Shown here: positions 20,001 through 29,731 of the stretch, piece after piece
How the letters are laid out: each line of letters begins with the position of its first letter
How positions within the stretch are numbered: position 1 is the stretch's first letter
NCBI GenBank assembly: GCA_963827235.1
Contig: CAWHAE010000010.1
Location: 512,001-576,000 of the forward strand
Source of the DNA: an uncultured bacterium
GTDB taxonomy: Bacteria; Chloroflexota; UBA5177; JANWHV01
DNA: 64,000 nucleotides
Direction: 5' to 3'
Translations under genes and position numbers: made by a program
Notes under the pieces: generated by a model
The model's input: the letters and a program-made list of their open reading frames with translations, nothing else
What the model was told of the DNA's origin: nothing
Database searches by the model: none

Positions 20001-20162
20001 TATGGCGTTGAGTCCGAATCGCTGATCGTCGAGCAGGAGCGGCGCCACTCGCGCTGCTCCCGCCTGAGGTGTGTTGTCGTGGCGGCTGAGCACGAGGCCC
20101 ATGCCGGCGACGAGCAGACATGCCGCGAGTAGCGGCCGTGTGCCGAGACTGAGGCGGTGCAA
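17013..20162 (-). CDS. secreted clan GH-A (GH39/GH5-like) glycoside hydrolase with Thr/Pro linkers and C-terminal beta-sandwich repeats
   Basis: Signal peptide, EIWNEPD acid/base, IHSY, VFATELG nucleophile, two TP-rich tracts, repeats of the WY.AEG..L.NP type. Confidence 0.75.
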   Translation of the reverse strand: MHRLSLGTRPLLAACLLVAGMGLVLSRHDNTPQAGAARVAPLLLDDQRFGLNAILPDNTHSVPGISILPWATNAQPLGAKINRFSFDWQQAEPQADRFDFSMPEQYVSSDVAHGYSTIAVLEHTPYWATSVATTNTSAQVPIGLDLAWNDPDNTWGAFVAASAAHFRGRISDYEIWNEPDLLGGAGWAGSRAQFFQLIKVAYQAIKAMDPGARVITGGLNYNPTWLHDVLQADVADPGASANNYYFDAIGIHSYGRAIAPYTLGQTAHALLRQFGIPDKPVFATELGIPVDDDPPSSKAGIVGTTLEAQSYMVESFAAALAGGIDHMLWYRASDVGQPQYWGLFKYRGQVRATAATFHMIAQYFANVQSVSISIDDPITKIVLDEGQQHVTVIWNASHQTVTSKLYAQNAGGGTMVGLDGSAGSVTPGPDGYYQLTLAGATNNHGATSSDFIVGGVPQIIVETGPFLPTLTPTPTNSPIPTSTGTPVVSSPTATATETGTSTPTATNTSTPTATATPTFPAHSPHVYFAAGSSNPQYGEMLQMANPAATPARIHITFSGESGAITTTNVLAQPHALATFDVGALHLPPGPISADLYSDRRVAASRSLFFGVSATMGAGAGKAATDWYLPGIAGVTPISQVVTLSNPTADAAGVLVETVSQSGGGDQITTHVDPYSTRDLVIAVDGHDPQLATIVHADQPIVAEYTAYVTHPAGITGAPGISDLSRKWYAAEGYTASTSGDFIALYNPDQTTAARVQVQVFAQEPSVSGGRPVPIVTTLADFTPTPSLTASATTTPTPSATISPTGTSSPTVAVPITGTPVPSATDTSTLTSTSTATPSATVSSTMTSTPSATATLTGTAVPSATTSPIGSPIPYATAVIIVQPDSRATFNVGSIAPRGEFTVLMTSSVPIAANRILTFGPGKSRPTMVNMVEKTAGSWVFPGDTSAQEKLASKQVVRGLKEFITLLNPSSTQAAALTILTTDTSGVPLRQSDVVLPPCSRLTQDMLKLVGPGRHITYVTSANGVQVVAEQTFYFNGAWGGAAAAGSTLP

Positions 20163-20565
20163 TAAACTCTCCTATCCCCGGTGAAAACGTGGCGCGACCG
20201 CGATGGACAAGGCGGAGACAGCGGTCGAGCTCGTGAACGCCGTCGAGACGTGCCGCCGCTCCCCACTGCCGCCCGAAACGGACAGGCTGCGGGCACTGCG
20301 GAGCTGTCGAGCTCCGTGGCCGCCGGAGCCGGCGTGCAGATTCAGTATAGCCGCCCAAGCTACCGCTCTCGTCCCTCCTGTGGAAGCTCCGTCCTGCTCT
20401 TGCGCCCGAAGCTTCGACCGCAAAGGACCCGCGATCGCCGGATCGAACACCCAGATCAGAGAGTGCGCGAATGAACGGACAGAGCAGCGGCTCGGCCGCG
20501 TCTGCCGCCCAACCATGCCGTATTCGTGCCGTGCGAACGCCGCTGAGCCGGCCAATCGGGGGCAG

Positions 20566-21660
20566 CTACATCGCAGTTGGCGCAGTGCCCCGTCCTCGGC
20601 GGCTTTCAAGCATGTTCTTCCATGCCTGCTCGAAGGCCTCGTTCGGATTCATAGGCGGGGACCAGTAGCCACTGCCCGTAGCGAGGCGAATCTCGAGACC
20701 GTCGGCGCGGTGCCCCTCGAGGATTCCGTCGATCGCCCTTCGAATGCGCGCAATTGGCTGTGGGTCTTGCTGTGGCTCCAGCCCCGGCATGACCGCCGCG
20801 AACGTCAGGTCGTCAAGCCGGCACACTATGTCGCCGTGCCGCACATTGGCCTGCAGCGCGCCGCTCGTGGAGCGAAGAGCCCCGTTGACCGTCTGACGAT
20901 CCAGGCTCATGGTGTTTGCCGACCACAACCGCAGGACGAGAATGGCCGACGGGCAACCGGCTTCGTTGAGTGCCTGCATGGCGCGTCCCATCACCTTGGC
21001 AGTCGGCAACCCGGTCACAGCGTCGCGCTCGCCGCTCTGACGGACTTCCACCTTGGCGTCGGCGAGCATGCGTTCCAGGCGATCTCGTGGCGGCGACCGG
21101 CGCCGTCTGCCGGCAGCGACAGACGGCGCCTCGGGCGCGGCCCGCGCGGCATCAAGCTCTCCGAGCGTCTTGGTGTCACCCGGCGCGGCCTGGGCCGACT
21201 GGGACGACTGCTGCGGCACGATCATGAAGCGGTCTGCCAGTCCAGAGACGTCCTTGGGCTGCTGCTCAACTTGCCCTCGTGAGTTTCGCTGCTTCAATGG
21301 CGTGCTGTATATGTCGAGCAGGCGTTGGCGCATAGCGCCGGGCGACAGACTCGCGGCGAGCACGCCGGACACGGGGACAGTTGTGGGGTCAGCAGGCGCC
21401 GCCGCGCCAGGGGAAACGAGCACGAAGCGGCTGATGTTGTCGGCCCGGCGCTGGCGGCAGAAAAGCGCTGTTGCAGGATCATTCAGTATCTGTGCGTCGC
21501 AGAGAATAAGGTCGGGATTGAACTCAGCCGCCAACTGAGTGGCTTGCGACGCCGTCGCCGCCTCGGCTACTACCGCCAGCCCGACCTGGCCGCCAAGTGC
21601 TCGCAGCCTGACCCTTTGCATTGGCTGGCTCATGGCAACCAGCAGCTGCACAATCCTCAT
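20566..21660 (-). CDS. atypical receiver domain plus degenerate GGDEF-like domain protein
   Basis: VVAEAATASQA..FNPDLILCD receiver; RDAVTGLPT..VRHGDIVCRLDDLTFAAVMP (GGDEF replaced by DDLTF). Confidence 0.65.
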   Translation of the reverse strand: MRIVQLLVAMSQPMQRVRLRALGGQVGLAVVAEAATASQATQLAAEFNPDLILCDAQILNDPATALFCRQRRADNISRFVLVSPGAAAPADPTTVPVSGVLAASLSPGAMRQRLLDIYSTPLKQRNSRGQVEQQPKDVSGLADRFMIVPQQSSQSAQAAPGDTKTLGELDAARAAPEAPSVAAGRRRRSPPRDRLERMLADAKVEVRQSGERDAVTGLPTAKVMGRAMQALNEAGCPSAILVLRLWSANTMSLDRQTVNGALRSTSGALQANVRHGDIVCRLDDLTFAAVMPGLEPQQDPQPIARIRRAIDGILEGHRADGLEIRLATGSGYWSPPMNPNEAFEQAWKNMLESRRGRGTAPTAM

Positions 21661-22060
21661 CTGTACCCCCGAGCGCGCCCGGACCCGATACTCGTTAGTC
21701 GCGTCTACCTGGATGCAGGTATCGCGCCGTGGCCAGGCAACAACCGTCGGCCATATTCTTGGCGCAGGCCGTGTCGGGCGCTGCCAATCGCGACCCGTCG
21801 CGGCATCGCTCTCGAGCGGCCGTCCCGCTCTATGATAGATTATCCCACGTAGCCCGTTTCCCCGCGTCAAGCCTGGGACAGGCGCACCCAGGGATACATC
21901 CACCGGCTTATTTCCGATTGCCTGGTGGCCGTAGTCTCCAGCTGCGGCGGTGCTTTGCTAGACTGAACCTGTGTCGTACCCACCGGTGGTCGATGCTTCT
22001 GAGTGCCGTGGATCGGGGCCGGGCGCCGGACGGTTGGAATGCGGGCAGGCGAGGGCGGCG

Positions 22061-22699
22061 ATGACCGAGGACTTCCAGCGTGAATCTCCCGCGCAAGATG
22101 ACAGCGCTATGGTTTACCGGCTGTGCAGGCACAAGTATGCCGGCACGCTGCACCTGACAAATCTATGGTGGAGCGATTCAGACGACCAGGTATTGGGCAC
22201 CGATGCCCTGAGCGAGCGAGCATGGCTCGACCATCTCGGGCGAGCTCGGCTGCACGTGAACCCCGGCACGCATCCGCTTCGCCTGCAGGTACTTTCGGCC
22301 GACGCGAGAGAGTGCCTGGTTCCCCTGACGACCTACCTGGCCACGGAACGCGATGGTCACGCCTGGTTCGTGCGCCAGATTGGCGAAGAGCTGGCGCAGG
22401 AGAACGCGGCGATGACCTCCGCCATGCGTGGCATGGCCTTCACGGATGGCTGGCTCTCCGTATTGGAGCACGCGGATCTGCGCCAGGCCTGGCATGCTGA
22501 GATGATCAGGCGCGGATTCAGCGGTGATCCCGCGCTGGAGACGCCAGTTCAGTCCGCTATGCCCACGAGGCTGCTTCAACAGGCACGACGAACCTGGTCC
22601 ACGTCCTACGAAGGTGCGCGCGCGCGTCACGCCTCGCTCATCGCGGAATGGGATGCCCTGAGGGAGGATGAGGCGAGAGCCTCCGGCCCGCTGGCCTAA
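22061..22699 (+). CDS. hypothetical protein
   Basis: 212-aa ORF with GAGGG RBS and protein-like composition; no motif recognised. Confidence 0.55.
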   Translation: MTEDFQRESPAQDDSAMVYRLCRHKYAGTLHLTNLWWSDSDDQVLGTDALSERAWLDHLGRARLHVNPGTHPLRLQVLSADARECLVPLTTYLATERDGHAWFVRQIGEELAQENAAMTSAMRGMAFTDGWLSVLEHADLRQAWHAEMIRRGFSGDPALETPVQSAMPTRLLQQARRTWSTSYEGARARHASLIAEWDALREDEARASGPLA

Positions 22700-22835
22700 T
22701 CGGACAGATGGTGGAAGCGATCGACGACATTGCATCCCACACAAGTATCCTCGCGCGTAACGTCGACGCGGATCACGGTGCGGACGAGGCGAGCGTCCCG
22801 GTCAGCCAGGGGCGGGCCGGGGGGCGCATACTCAC

Positions 22836-23780
22836 TCAGTGATCGGCAAACAGTGCGCTCACCGATTCTCCGTCGTGAATCCGCTTGATCGCCTCCGCGA
22901 ACAGCGGCGCGATGGAGATCACAGTCATGTGCGGCAGGCGTTTCTCGGGCGGCACCGGCACCGTGTCCGTGGTGACGATATGCTCCACGTCTGGCTGGCT
23001 GCTCAGCCGCTCCATGGCCTTGCCTGTGAACAAGCCGTGGGTGCAGGCCACGCTGATGTGCTTTACGCCCTGAGCGCGCAGGAGCGGGAGCAGCGCGACG
23101 ATAGTGCCGGCGTTGGCGATCTCATCGTCGAGCACGATGGCGTCGCGTCCCGTCACGTTGCCGACGATCGTCTCGATCACCACACTGTCGTCCGCAAGAC
23201 GCTGCTTGTTGGCCGCTGCTACCGGCAAGCCCAGCATGCGGGCGAAGGCAGTGGCGCTCTTGGCGTTACCCAGGTCCGGCGACACGACAACCGCGTTGCT
23301 GATGTCGCGGCCGCGGAAGTGGCGAGCAAGCACGTTGAGCGCGTTGAGGTGGTCGACGGGCACGCTGAAGAAGCCGTGCACTTGCGCGGAGTGCAGGGTC
23401 ATGGTCAACACGCGGCTGGCGCCAGCGGCCGCCATCAAGTTTGCCACCAGGCGGGCGGCAATGGAGATCCGCGGCGCATCCTTCTTATCCGAGCGCGCAT
23501 AGGCATAGTGTGGAATCACGGCGGTGATACGCGCGGCAGAGGCGTCTCGGGCGGCGTCCAGCATGAGCAAGAGCTCGAAAAGGTGCTCCTGGGTTGGAGG
23601 CACAAGCGGTTGGATCAGGAACACATCGCACTCGCGGCAGTTGGCCTGGAGCTGCACTTCGACGCAGTCGTTGCTGAATCGTCCGATTCTGGCCGGGCGC
23701 AACGGCAGGTTCAAATGGTCACAGATGTCCGCCGCCAGGGTGGGATGAGCACTACCGCTGAAAATGGCGATGTCTCGCAT
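22836..23780 (-). CDS. prs: ribose-phosphate pyrophosphokinase
   Basis: YAYARSDKK, LHSAQVHGFF, VVSPDLG, LDDEIA, CTHGLF. Confidence 0.93.
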   Translation of the reverse strand: MRDIAIFSGSAHPTLAADICDHLNLPLRPARIGRFSNDCVEVQLQANCRECDVFLIQPLVPPTQEHLFELLLMLDAARDASAARITAVIPHYAYARSDKKDAPRISIAARLVANLMAAAGASRVLTMTLHSAQVHGFFSVPVDHLNALNVLARHFRGRDISNAVVVSPDLGNAKSATAFARMLGLPVAAANKQRLADDSVVIETIVGNVTGRDAIVLDDEIANAGTIVALLPLLRAQGVKHISVACTHGLFTGKAMERLSSQPDVEHIVTTDTVPVPPEKRLPHMTVISIAPLFAEAIKRIHDGESVSALFADH

Positions 23781-24006
23781 CGGGGTCTCCGCTCCTCCGG
23801 CTGTCAGTGCGAAAAGGCGCACAGAATATACCGGCGGCCGGTCGACAAGCGCCCTGGCCGCCTTCTCTGGATTGCTACCGGGCAGTCGCGCGGAGGCGCA
23901 CCGCCCGGTAGCAATAACATGCACACGTTCTCTGGTGCCGGATCACCGCTCGAGCGCACCGCGTGCACGGCAATGCCGATCCCGGTAATAAGGATACCGA
24001 GTGTAG

Positions 24007-25530
24007 CTAGCCGAGGTTGACGCGCGCGCTCTCTTCGAACGTCGGCACGAGGGCACGGTAGAGATCGGAGTATAGCCGCGCACCGACCTCATAGACTGCC
24101 GCCCCATGACCAGGCTCAACCGTGCCGACCGGCACAACAAGCCGTCCAGCGTCCTCGATGGTGGCGAAAGCTCCGCCGCCGGTGGCGGCCAGCAGGGCGG
24201 CACCATACGCCGGGCCTTCGTCGACGGACTGCATGGTGACCCGGACGTTGAAGACATCGGCCAGGGTCTGCCGCCAGAACGGGCTCTTGGCGCCTCCACC
24301 GGTGAGCCGTACTGCCTCCACCGTTATCCCGGCACCGCGCAGCAGATCGAGCGACTGGCCAAGGGCGTAGCTGACTCCCTCGATCACGGCTCTGGCCATG
24401 TGTCCCCGCGTGTGGCGCGGGCTGAGGCCAAAGAACACACCGCGGGCCACGGCCGAGCCGTGCGGCGTGCGCTCGCCGGTGAGATAGGGAAGGAACAGCA
24501 GGCCCTCTGAGCCGGCAGGGGCAGTCTCGGCTTCCGCCGTGATCGCCGTGTAGGGATCGCTACTTTGCCGGGCTGCAGCAGCCACCAGGTCGGGACAGCA
24601 CGTGTCGCGGAACCATCGCAGTGCACCGCCTGCTGAGAGTATGACGCCCATCAGATAGTTCGTTCGCGGCGATACGTGCGAGAACAGGTGCACGTTGTGG
24701 CCCGGGTTTTGCACGTCGAGCCCGACCGGAGCCAACACCGTGCCGGACGTGCCTATGCTGCACACCACCTGGCCGGGCCCCAGAACACCGGAGCCGGCGG
24801 CCGCGCAGGCGTTGTCGGCGCCGCCGCCCATTACGACCGTGCCTTCGCGAAGGCCGGTTTCCCGTGCCGCGAGCGAGCCCAGCCTTCCCACTACGCCGGC
24901 CGACGGCACTATCCGCGGCATCAGGTTCTTGTCCAGGTCCAGCGCGGCAAGCATGTCTGCTGACCATTCGCGCCGGTGCACGTCGAAGAGCATGGTGCCG
25001 GCCGCATCCGAAGGCTCACAGGCCAACACGCCGGTCAGACGGTAGTTAAGGTAGTCGCGCGGCAGCTGCATCCTGGCCACGCGGGCCCAGACGCCGGGCT
25101 CGTGCTTGCGTACCCAGAGCAGCTTGGGTGCCGTGAATCCGGCCAGCGGCGTGTTGCCGGTCAGCTCGAGTAAGCGCGACGTGCCGACAGCCTGGGTGAT
25201 CTCCTCGCATTCTCGTGCGCTGCGCTGGTCGTTCCACAGGATGCATGGGCGCACGGGCTCGCCGCCGGCGTCCAGCAGTACCGCGCCGTGCATCTGGCCG
25301 GAGGCGGCCACGGCGACGACCTCGCTCGCCGCGGTGCCGGTGCGCGCCAGGACCTCGCGAACGGCACTGCAGGTCGACACCCACCAGTCCGCGGGATTCT
25401 GTTCCATCCAGCCCGGCGCCGGGCTGTGCAGCGGGTGTTCCGCGGAAGCGGAGCCAATGACGGTGCCCGACCGATCGACGAGCAGCGCGCGGACGCCGGT
25501 CGTGCCCAGGTCCAGTCCCATGAACGCCAT
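24007..25530 (-). CDS. xylB: xylulokinase (FGGY kinase)
   Basis: GLDLGTTG, SGQMHG, ILWNDQR, FTAPKLLW, GGGADNA, PYLTGERTPH, GGGAKS. Confidence 0.88.
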   Translation of the reverse strand: MAFMGLDLGTTGVRALLVDRSGTVIGSASAEHPLHSPAPGWMEQNPADWWVSTCSAVREVLARTGTAASEVVAVAASGQMHGAVLLDAGGEPVRPCILWNDQRSARECEEITQAVGTSRLLELTGNTPLAGFTAPKLLWVRKHEPGVWARVARMQLPRDYLNYRLTGVLACEPSDAAGTMLFDVHRREWSADMLAALDLDKNLMPRIVPSAGVVGRLGSLAARETGLREGTVVMGGGADNACAAAGSGVLGPGQVVCSIGTSGTVLAPVGLDVQNPGHNVHLFSHVSPRTNYLMGVILSAGGALRWFRDTCCPDLVAAAARQSSDPYTAITAEAETAPAGSEGLLFLPYLTGERTPHGSAVARGVFFGLSPRHTRGHMARAVIEGVSYALGQSLDLLRGAGITVEAVRLTGGGAKSPFWRQTLADVFNVRVTMQSVDEGPAYGAALLAATGGGAFATIEDAGRLVVPVGTVEPGHGAAVYEVGARLYSDLYRALVPTFEESARVNLG

Positions 25531-25626
25531 TAAACACCTCCGAAGCTCGGCTAGCCGCGCCGTCGGGACACCGGCGGCGCGGATCAGGAATCCGTAGCAA
25601 CGCTGGAAGTAGCCTACCACGTTTCC

Positions 25627-26619
25627 CTAGCTGCCAGGAGGAGGCCACGCCGTCGAGGCGGCGTGTTCGCGCAGGGCGGTGAGCAGGCCGGCGAGCTCGA
25701 TCTGCGCCAATGCCGTGCATTTGTCGCCCGCGCCGTAGGAGAGGAAAAGCCGGCCGTCGCGCAGAAAGTAGCCCTGAGGAAACACGCAGCCGACGTAGTC
25801 GCCGGCCGCCTCGTAAGGTGCCGATGGTGACAGGAGCGGATAGGGCAGCCGGGCCAGGACGCGTCGCGGGTCGAGCGGATCCATCAGGGCCGCGGCCACG
25901 TGGTAGCGACCGGCGCTGTCGACACCGTGGTAGAGCATCAGCCATCCCAGATCGGTCTCGATCGGCGGCACACCGCCGCCAATCTTCGACTGCTCGAAAT
26001 CGTACACACCCCTAAGCACGGTGCTCTGCTCGAGCCGGTTACCGTAGCCCTCCCAGCTCTCGGGCGCCATGAGCGTCTCGATGCAGTCGAAATAGTCGAC
26101 CTGTATACCCGGCGGCACCCTGTGCACGTAGGCGATCCTGCCGCCGATGCGCCTGGGAAAGATGAAGGCGTCCTTATCGGGGTAAGGGCAGGGCACGACG
26201 CCTATCTTGACATAATCCTTGAAGTCGCTCGTTCGCGCGATGCCTACGCGAGGCATGATTCCGTCGTAGGCGCAGAAAAAGATGAAGTAGGTGCCCTCGA
26301 ACGCCACGATGCGGGCATCCTCGCAGCCCAGTCTGTCCATGCCCGGGCCGGGCGCGATCACGGGCTCGGTCGCGTCGGCTAGCAGTCTGCCGGTCGTGTC
26401 GAGGCGCGCGTAGCAGATACAGTTGCGGACGTAGGGGAAATCACGGTCGATCTCGTACTGCAACCAGTCGATCGGTCTGCCGTACCACCTCGGACCCTTC
26501 TCCGTCAGGCGATACAGCATGTGGACCACGCCGTCCACGGCAATCATGCCGGCGTTGAACTTGGCGACCGGCTCGCGGTCGGGAGCCAGTACGACTCCCA
26601 GTCGTTCAAATGCGATCAT
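25627..26619 (-). CDS. GH130-like glycosidase/mannoside phosphorylase
   Basis: FNAG, MLYR, GCEDARI, DKDAFIFP, KIGGGVPPIET..GWLMLYHGV, CVFP, YGAGD. Confidence 0.85.
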   Translation of the reverse strand: MIAFERLGVVLAPDREPVAKFNAGMIAVDGVVHMLYRLTEKGPRWYGRPIDWLQYEIDRDFPYVRNCICYARLDTTGRLLADATEPVIAPGPGMDRLGCEDARIVAFEGTYFIFFCAYDGIMPRVGIARTSDFKDYVKIGVVPCPYPDKDAFIFPRRIGGRIAYVHRVPPGIQVDYFDCIETLMAPESWEGYGNRLEQSTVLRGVYDFEQSKIGGGVPPIETDLGWLMLYHGVDSAGRYHVAAALMDPLDPRRVLARLPYPLLSPSAPYEAAGDYVGCVFPQGYFLRDGRLFLSYGAGDKCTALAQIELAGLLTALREHAASTAWPPPGS

Positions 26620-26913
26620 GCTCGATGCCTCCCGAATAGCCGGCGTGTCTCGCTGTTCCCTCTTTACTATGCTGCCACGTCTTGCCGCATGCGTCGCACC
26701 ACACGCAAGGAGCATGAGCTGCTGCTTGCCATTCTGAACGCCTACCGGGCACGACAGCGGCAGAACCGGTGGCGCTGCACCGTACCGCCAAGGAGACGCA
26801 GGTCCCTCGGCGCAGGCGCCGGAGCCGGCTTCTCGAGGAAGAAGGCCGCTACATCCCACGGACGGCTTGTCGCACCGCGGGACCCATTGATCTCGGGAGC
26901 CGCCGGAGCGTGC

Positions 26914-27321
26914 TCACCTGGCAGGATCTGCCAGCCGAAGCGTGTAGATCTTGCCTGCCTGCAGGGTAACGGTGAGCAGCATGCGGGGCCCCAGCTCGTC
27001 GTCCGCGACCTGAACCGCTAGATCGTAGGTGCCCGGCTCGAGGGCAAGTAGGTCATTCGTGGAGCAGGCCTGTCCATATTGGTACAGCAGGGGCCCGCCC
27101 GCCTCGGCGACGTCGAGCCTGGACGGCTGCTGAACGCGGAGCAGGGCTTTGCCGGCAGGGGGCTGGGGCGTACTTCGCGTCCGCAGGCGGTCGGCCAGAC
27201 TGCGTCCGCGCGGCGAACCGCCGAACAGGCGCCTTGCCTGCGGTGCTTCGGCTTCGCTTTGCTCGACAAGTACGTTGAAGCTGGGGATTCGCCTCAGCAT
27301 GCCATCACAGAGCGGCGACAC
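26914..27321 (-). CDS. hypothetical protein; C-terminus resembles a DUF4397-like beta-sandwich end
   Basis: GGAGGAGG RBS before GTG; LEPGTYDLAV..VTLQAGKIYTL. Confidence 0.35.
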   Translation of the reverse strand: MSPLCDGMLRRIPSFNVLVEQSEAEAPQARRLFGGSPRGRSLADRLRTRSTPQPPAGKALLRVQQPSRLDVAEAGGPLLYQYGQACSTNDLLALEPGTYDLAVQVADDELGPRMLLTVTLQAGKIYTLRLADPAR

Positions 27322-27666
27322 GGCAATGCCTCCTCCGGCAAGGCCGGGCGAAATCCGGAGCCACGAGGATAATGCCGGCGCCGGTCCCGCTTGGCCCGAT
27401 CAAGATCACGCCGCGCGGGGCTGCGGGCGGTACGAAGACGGCCATGGCTGGGCTCCCTCCGGATATCACTGTGTTTCTCAGTTCCAACGCCACCAGGACC
27501 GGTCGCTTGGCGTTTCCTACAAGGCAATCCTACGGCGCTGAGCTAAGAGCTTGGCCAGCAGGGATTAAGAGAATGCCAAGAGGAACCGATGTGTTTGCTA
27601 AGCTATCGGCTGCGTGCGAGCAATTGCTGTACGCTGAGCATCGCGTAGACGAGAAGGGGAATCGGC

Positions 27667-28482
27667 ATGCGTTGCGTTCGACACCTGCTCCTGGCCGCGG
27701 CACTGGTGCTGCTTGGTCTGGTCACCGAGTCCGCCGGCGGGAGGACGGCCCTGATCGGGCCGAAGGCCTATTATCTGGCCCTCGGGGACTCAATCACGTG
27801 GGGCTCGACCCCGGCAGGCGCCGCCCACAGCTTTGCGGATGATCTGGCCACTGTTTTCGCGCCGCTCGGCATGAAAAGAGTGATCAACCTGGCTTGCCCG
27901 GGTGAGACCACCACGACGTTCATCCAGAGCGGCTGCCCCTGGGCCCGCCTCAATCGCTATCCCTATCAGGGCGCGCAGCTCGCGGCCGCTCTTGCATTCC
28001 TGCAACAACATCCCGGCGAAGTGAGTCCGATTACCGTTGAGATCGGATACAACGACCCGTCGAACGACGATCTATTCAGGGCAAACTGCACGCTGGCGCC
28101 ACGGGCTCAAATCGTCGCTTCACTGGCCGGGTTCGACGCCAACGTGCGCACCATTCTGTCCGGACTAACTACCGCACTGCACGGCACCGGCGACCTGATC
28201 GTCACCAACAACTACGTGGCGACGCAGAACTCGTGCGCGGCTACCAACACAATCCAGCGCGAGTTCAACGCCCATATCGCCACCGCAGTAAAGGCGGTTC
28301 GCGCCACACTGGTGCCGATCTACGACCTGTTCAACACGCCTTCGGGCCGGAGCCCGGCACTCTGCCGCTTGACCTGGATCTGCAGCCGCTACGGCGATCT
28401 TCACCCGAACGGCGCGGGACAGGCAGCAATCGCGCAGCGCATTCTGTCGGTTACTGGCTATGTACGCCGAGCATCGTCGTAG
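27667..28482 (+). CDS. secreted SGNH/GDSL hydrolase
   Basis: Signal peptide; YLALGDSITWG, NLACPGETT, IGYND, DLHPNGAG. Confidence 0.88.
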   Translation: MRCVRHLLLAAALVLLGLVTESAGGRTALIGPKAYYLALGDSITWGSTPAGAAHSFADDLATVFAPLGMKRVINLACPGETTTTFIQSGCPWARLNRYPYQGAQLAAALAFLQQHPGEVSPITVEIGYNDPSNDDLFRANCTLAPRAQIVASLAGFDANVRTILSGLTTALHGTGDLIVTNNYVATQNSCAATNTIQREFNAHIATAVKAVRATLVPIYDLFNTPSGRSPALCRLTWICSRYGDLHPNGAGQAAIAQRILSVTGYVRRASS

Positions 28483-28712
28483 TCGCCTCATCGAACCGTC
28501 GCGCGCTGTCGAGACGCCGATGCATCGGCCTACCGAGCTGCCAATGGTGGCCACACGGTTCGACCATCCGCCCTACGCGCGCGCCAGCCGTGGTCCTCGA
28601 CCGCGCCTCCTGCCTCGGTTGCGCCCGGGGCGGCGGCACACGCGCACCAGGCGTCCGGGTCGCCTGCCGCCAAGGTCATCCGGCACGCTACCGAGACGGA
28701 CGCGGCGACGGC

Positions 28713-29498
28713 CTATGGCCCCGGCTGCGCTTCAGATGAAAAGGCAGCGGTCAGCTTCCACTTGGCCGTGCACCGGTTGTAGCCCTTGCCCTCGGCGGGC
28801 AGGCCGCAGGAAATGCCCATAGTGTCCCCAACCGGCGTCAGCGAGGCGAGCTGGTTGGGGTCGTCGACCTGGCCGGTCGTTATTTCCATGCCTTGCAGTG
28901 TGACGGCATTGGTCTTCAGCGACGGCGTCAGGTACTCGATGTCCACGGGAGCCGGCGTGGCGTGGCTGCTCCGCGGCTTCAGATCGCATATGTTCTTTGA
29001 GCCAGCCCCGGCGGCCTCGTCGACGGCTGGAAACGGCGCATCCCCGGTGAAGAGGAAGTGATAATGCTTGTCCCAATACCAGGCGTGATTCTGGAGGCCG
29101 GAGCCGAACTGCATGTGGCCTTTTCCTCCTCCGGAGCCCTTGGTGATCGAGATAACCTTGCAGGGGCCACCGCCTTCATCGCCATAGAACGTGTCCGAGT
29201 AGACGGCTGAAGGCAGCCCGTCTTCGCGCCTAGTCAGACCGACGACGATCGACAGGTCTTCGCGGATCGTATGGTGAACCCCGTAGACGGTGAAGTCTCC
29301 GTCCTGCGTGAAGTGGATGGTGCCGTGCAGCCACACATAGCATGGGCCGCCGGGCTTGCACGGGAACGGTTGCGGCTTGGTCGCAGCCTGGGCGCCGGGA
29401 AGTGCCCAGGCCAGGCAGGTCACCAGCGCCGCCGACGTGCGCAGCACGGAGCTTCCCACGCGCTTGCTCAGGACAGAAAGTCGCGCAGTTCTCTTCAT
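28713..29498 (-). CDS. hypothetical secreted protein
   Basis: GGAGGAG RBS; basic/hydrophobic N-terminus ending AQA; Cys-containing mature part. Confidence 0.6.
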   Translation of the reverse strand: MKRTARLSVLSKRVGSSVLRTSAALVTCLAWALPGAQAATKPQPFPCKPGGPCYVWLHGTIHFTQDGDFTVYGVHHTIREDLSIVVGLTRREDGLPSAVYSDTFYGDEGGGPCKVISITKGSGGGKGHMQFGSGLQNHAWYWDKHYHFLFTGDAPFPAVDEAAGAGSKNICDLKPRSSHATPAPVDIEYLTPSLKTNAVTLQGMEITTGQVDDPNQLASLTPVGDTMGISCGLPAEGKGYNRCTAKWKLTAAFSSEAQPGP

Positions 29499-29731
29499 GT
29501 GCATTCTCCTCCAATTGCCTGCCGCTCCAGGCCCGGAGGATGCGAGGCGGCAAGCAGCCGAGCGCTACTCCGGCTCAGCTCCATACATACTCTAGCCCGG
29601 CCATGTTGCAGCGCGATTGCGGCGCGCCGGCCTGAGCCGGCTCAGGTGGAGAGGGCGCATCTTGGGCAACATGCACCCGCATCTTGGGGAACGGCGAATG
29701 CACATGCCGTAGCGGGGGGAGAAGAAGATCT

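Noticed and set aside
27565-27590. Second sigma-28 promoter (TTAAG-N15-ACCGAT)
   Set aside because: Both elements and the spacing deviate from the MCP promoter; too weak to call.
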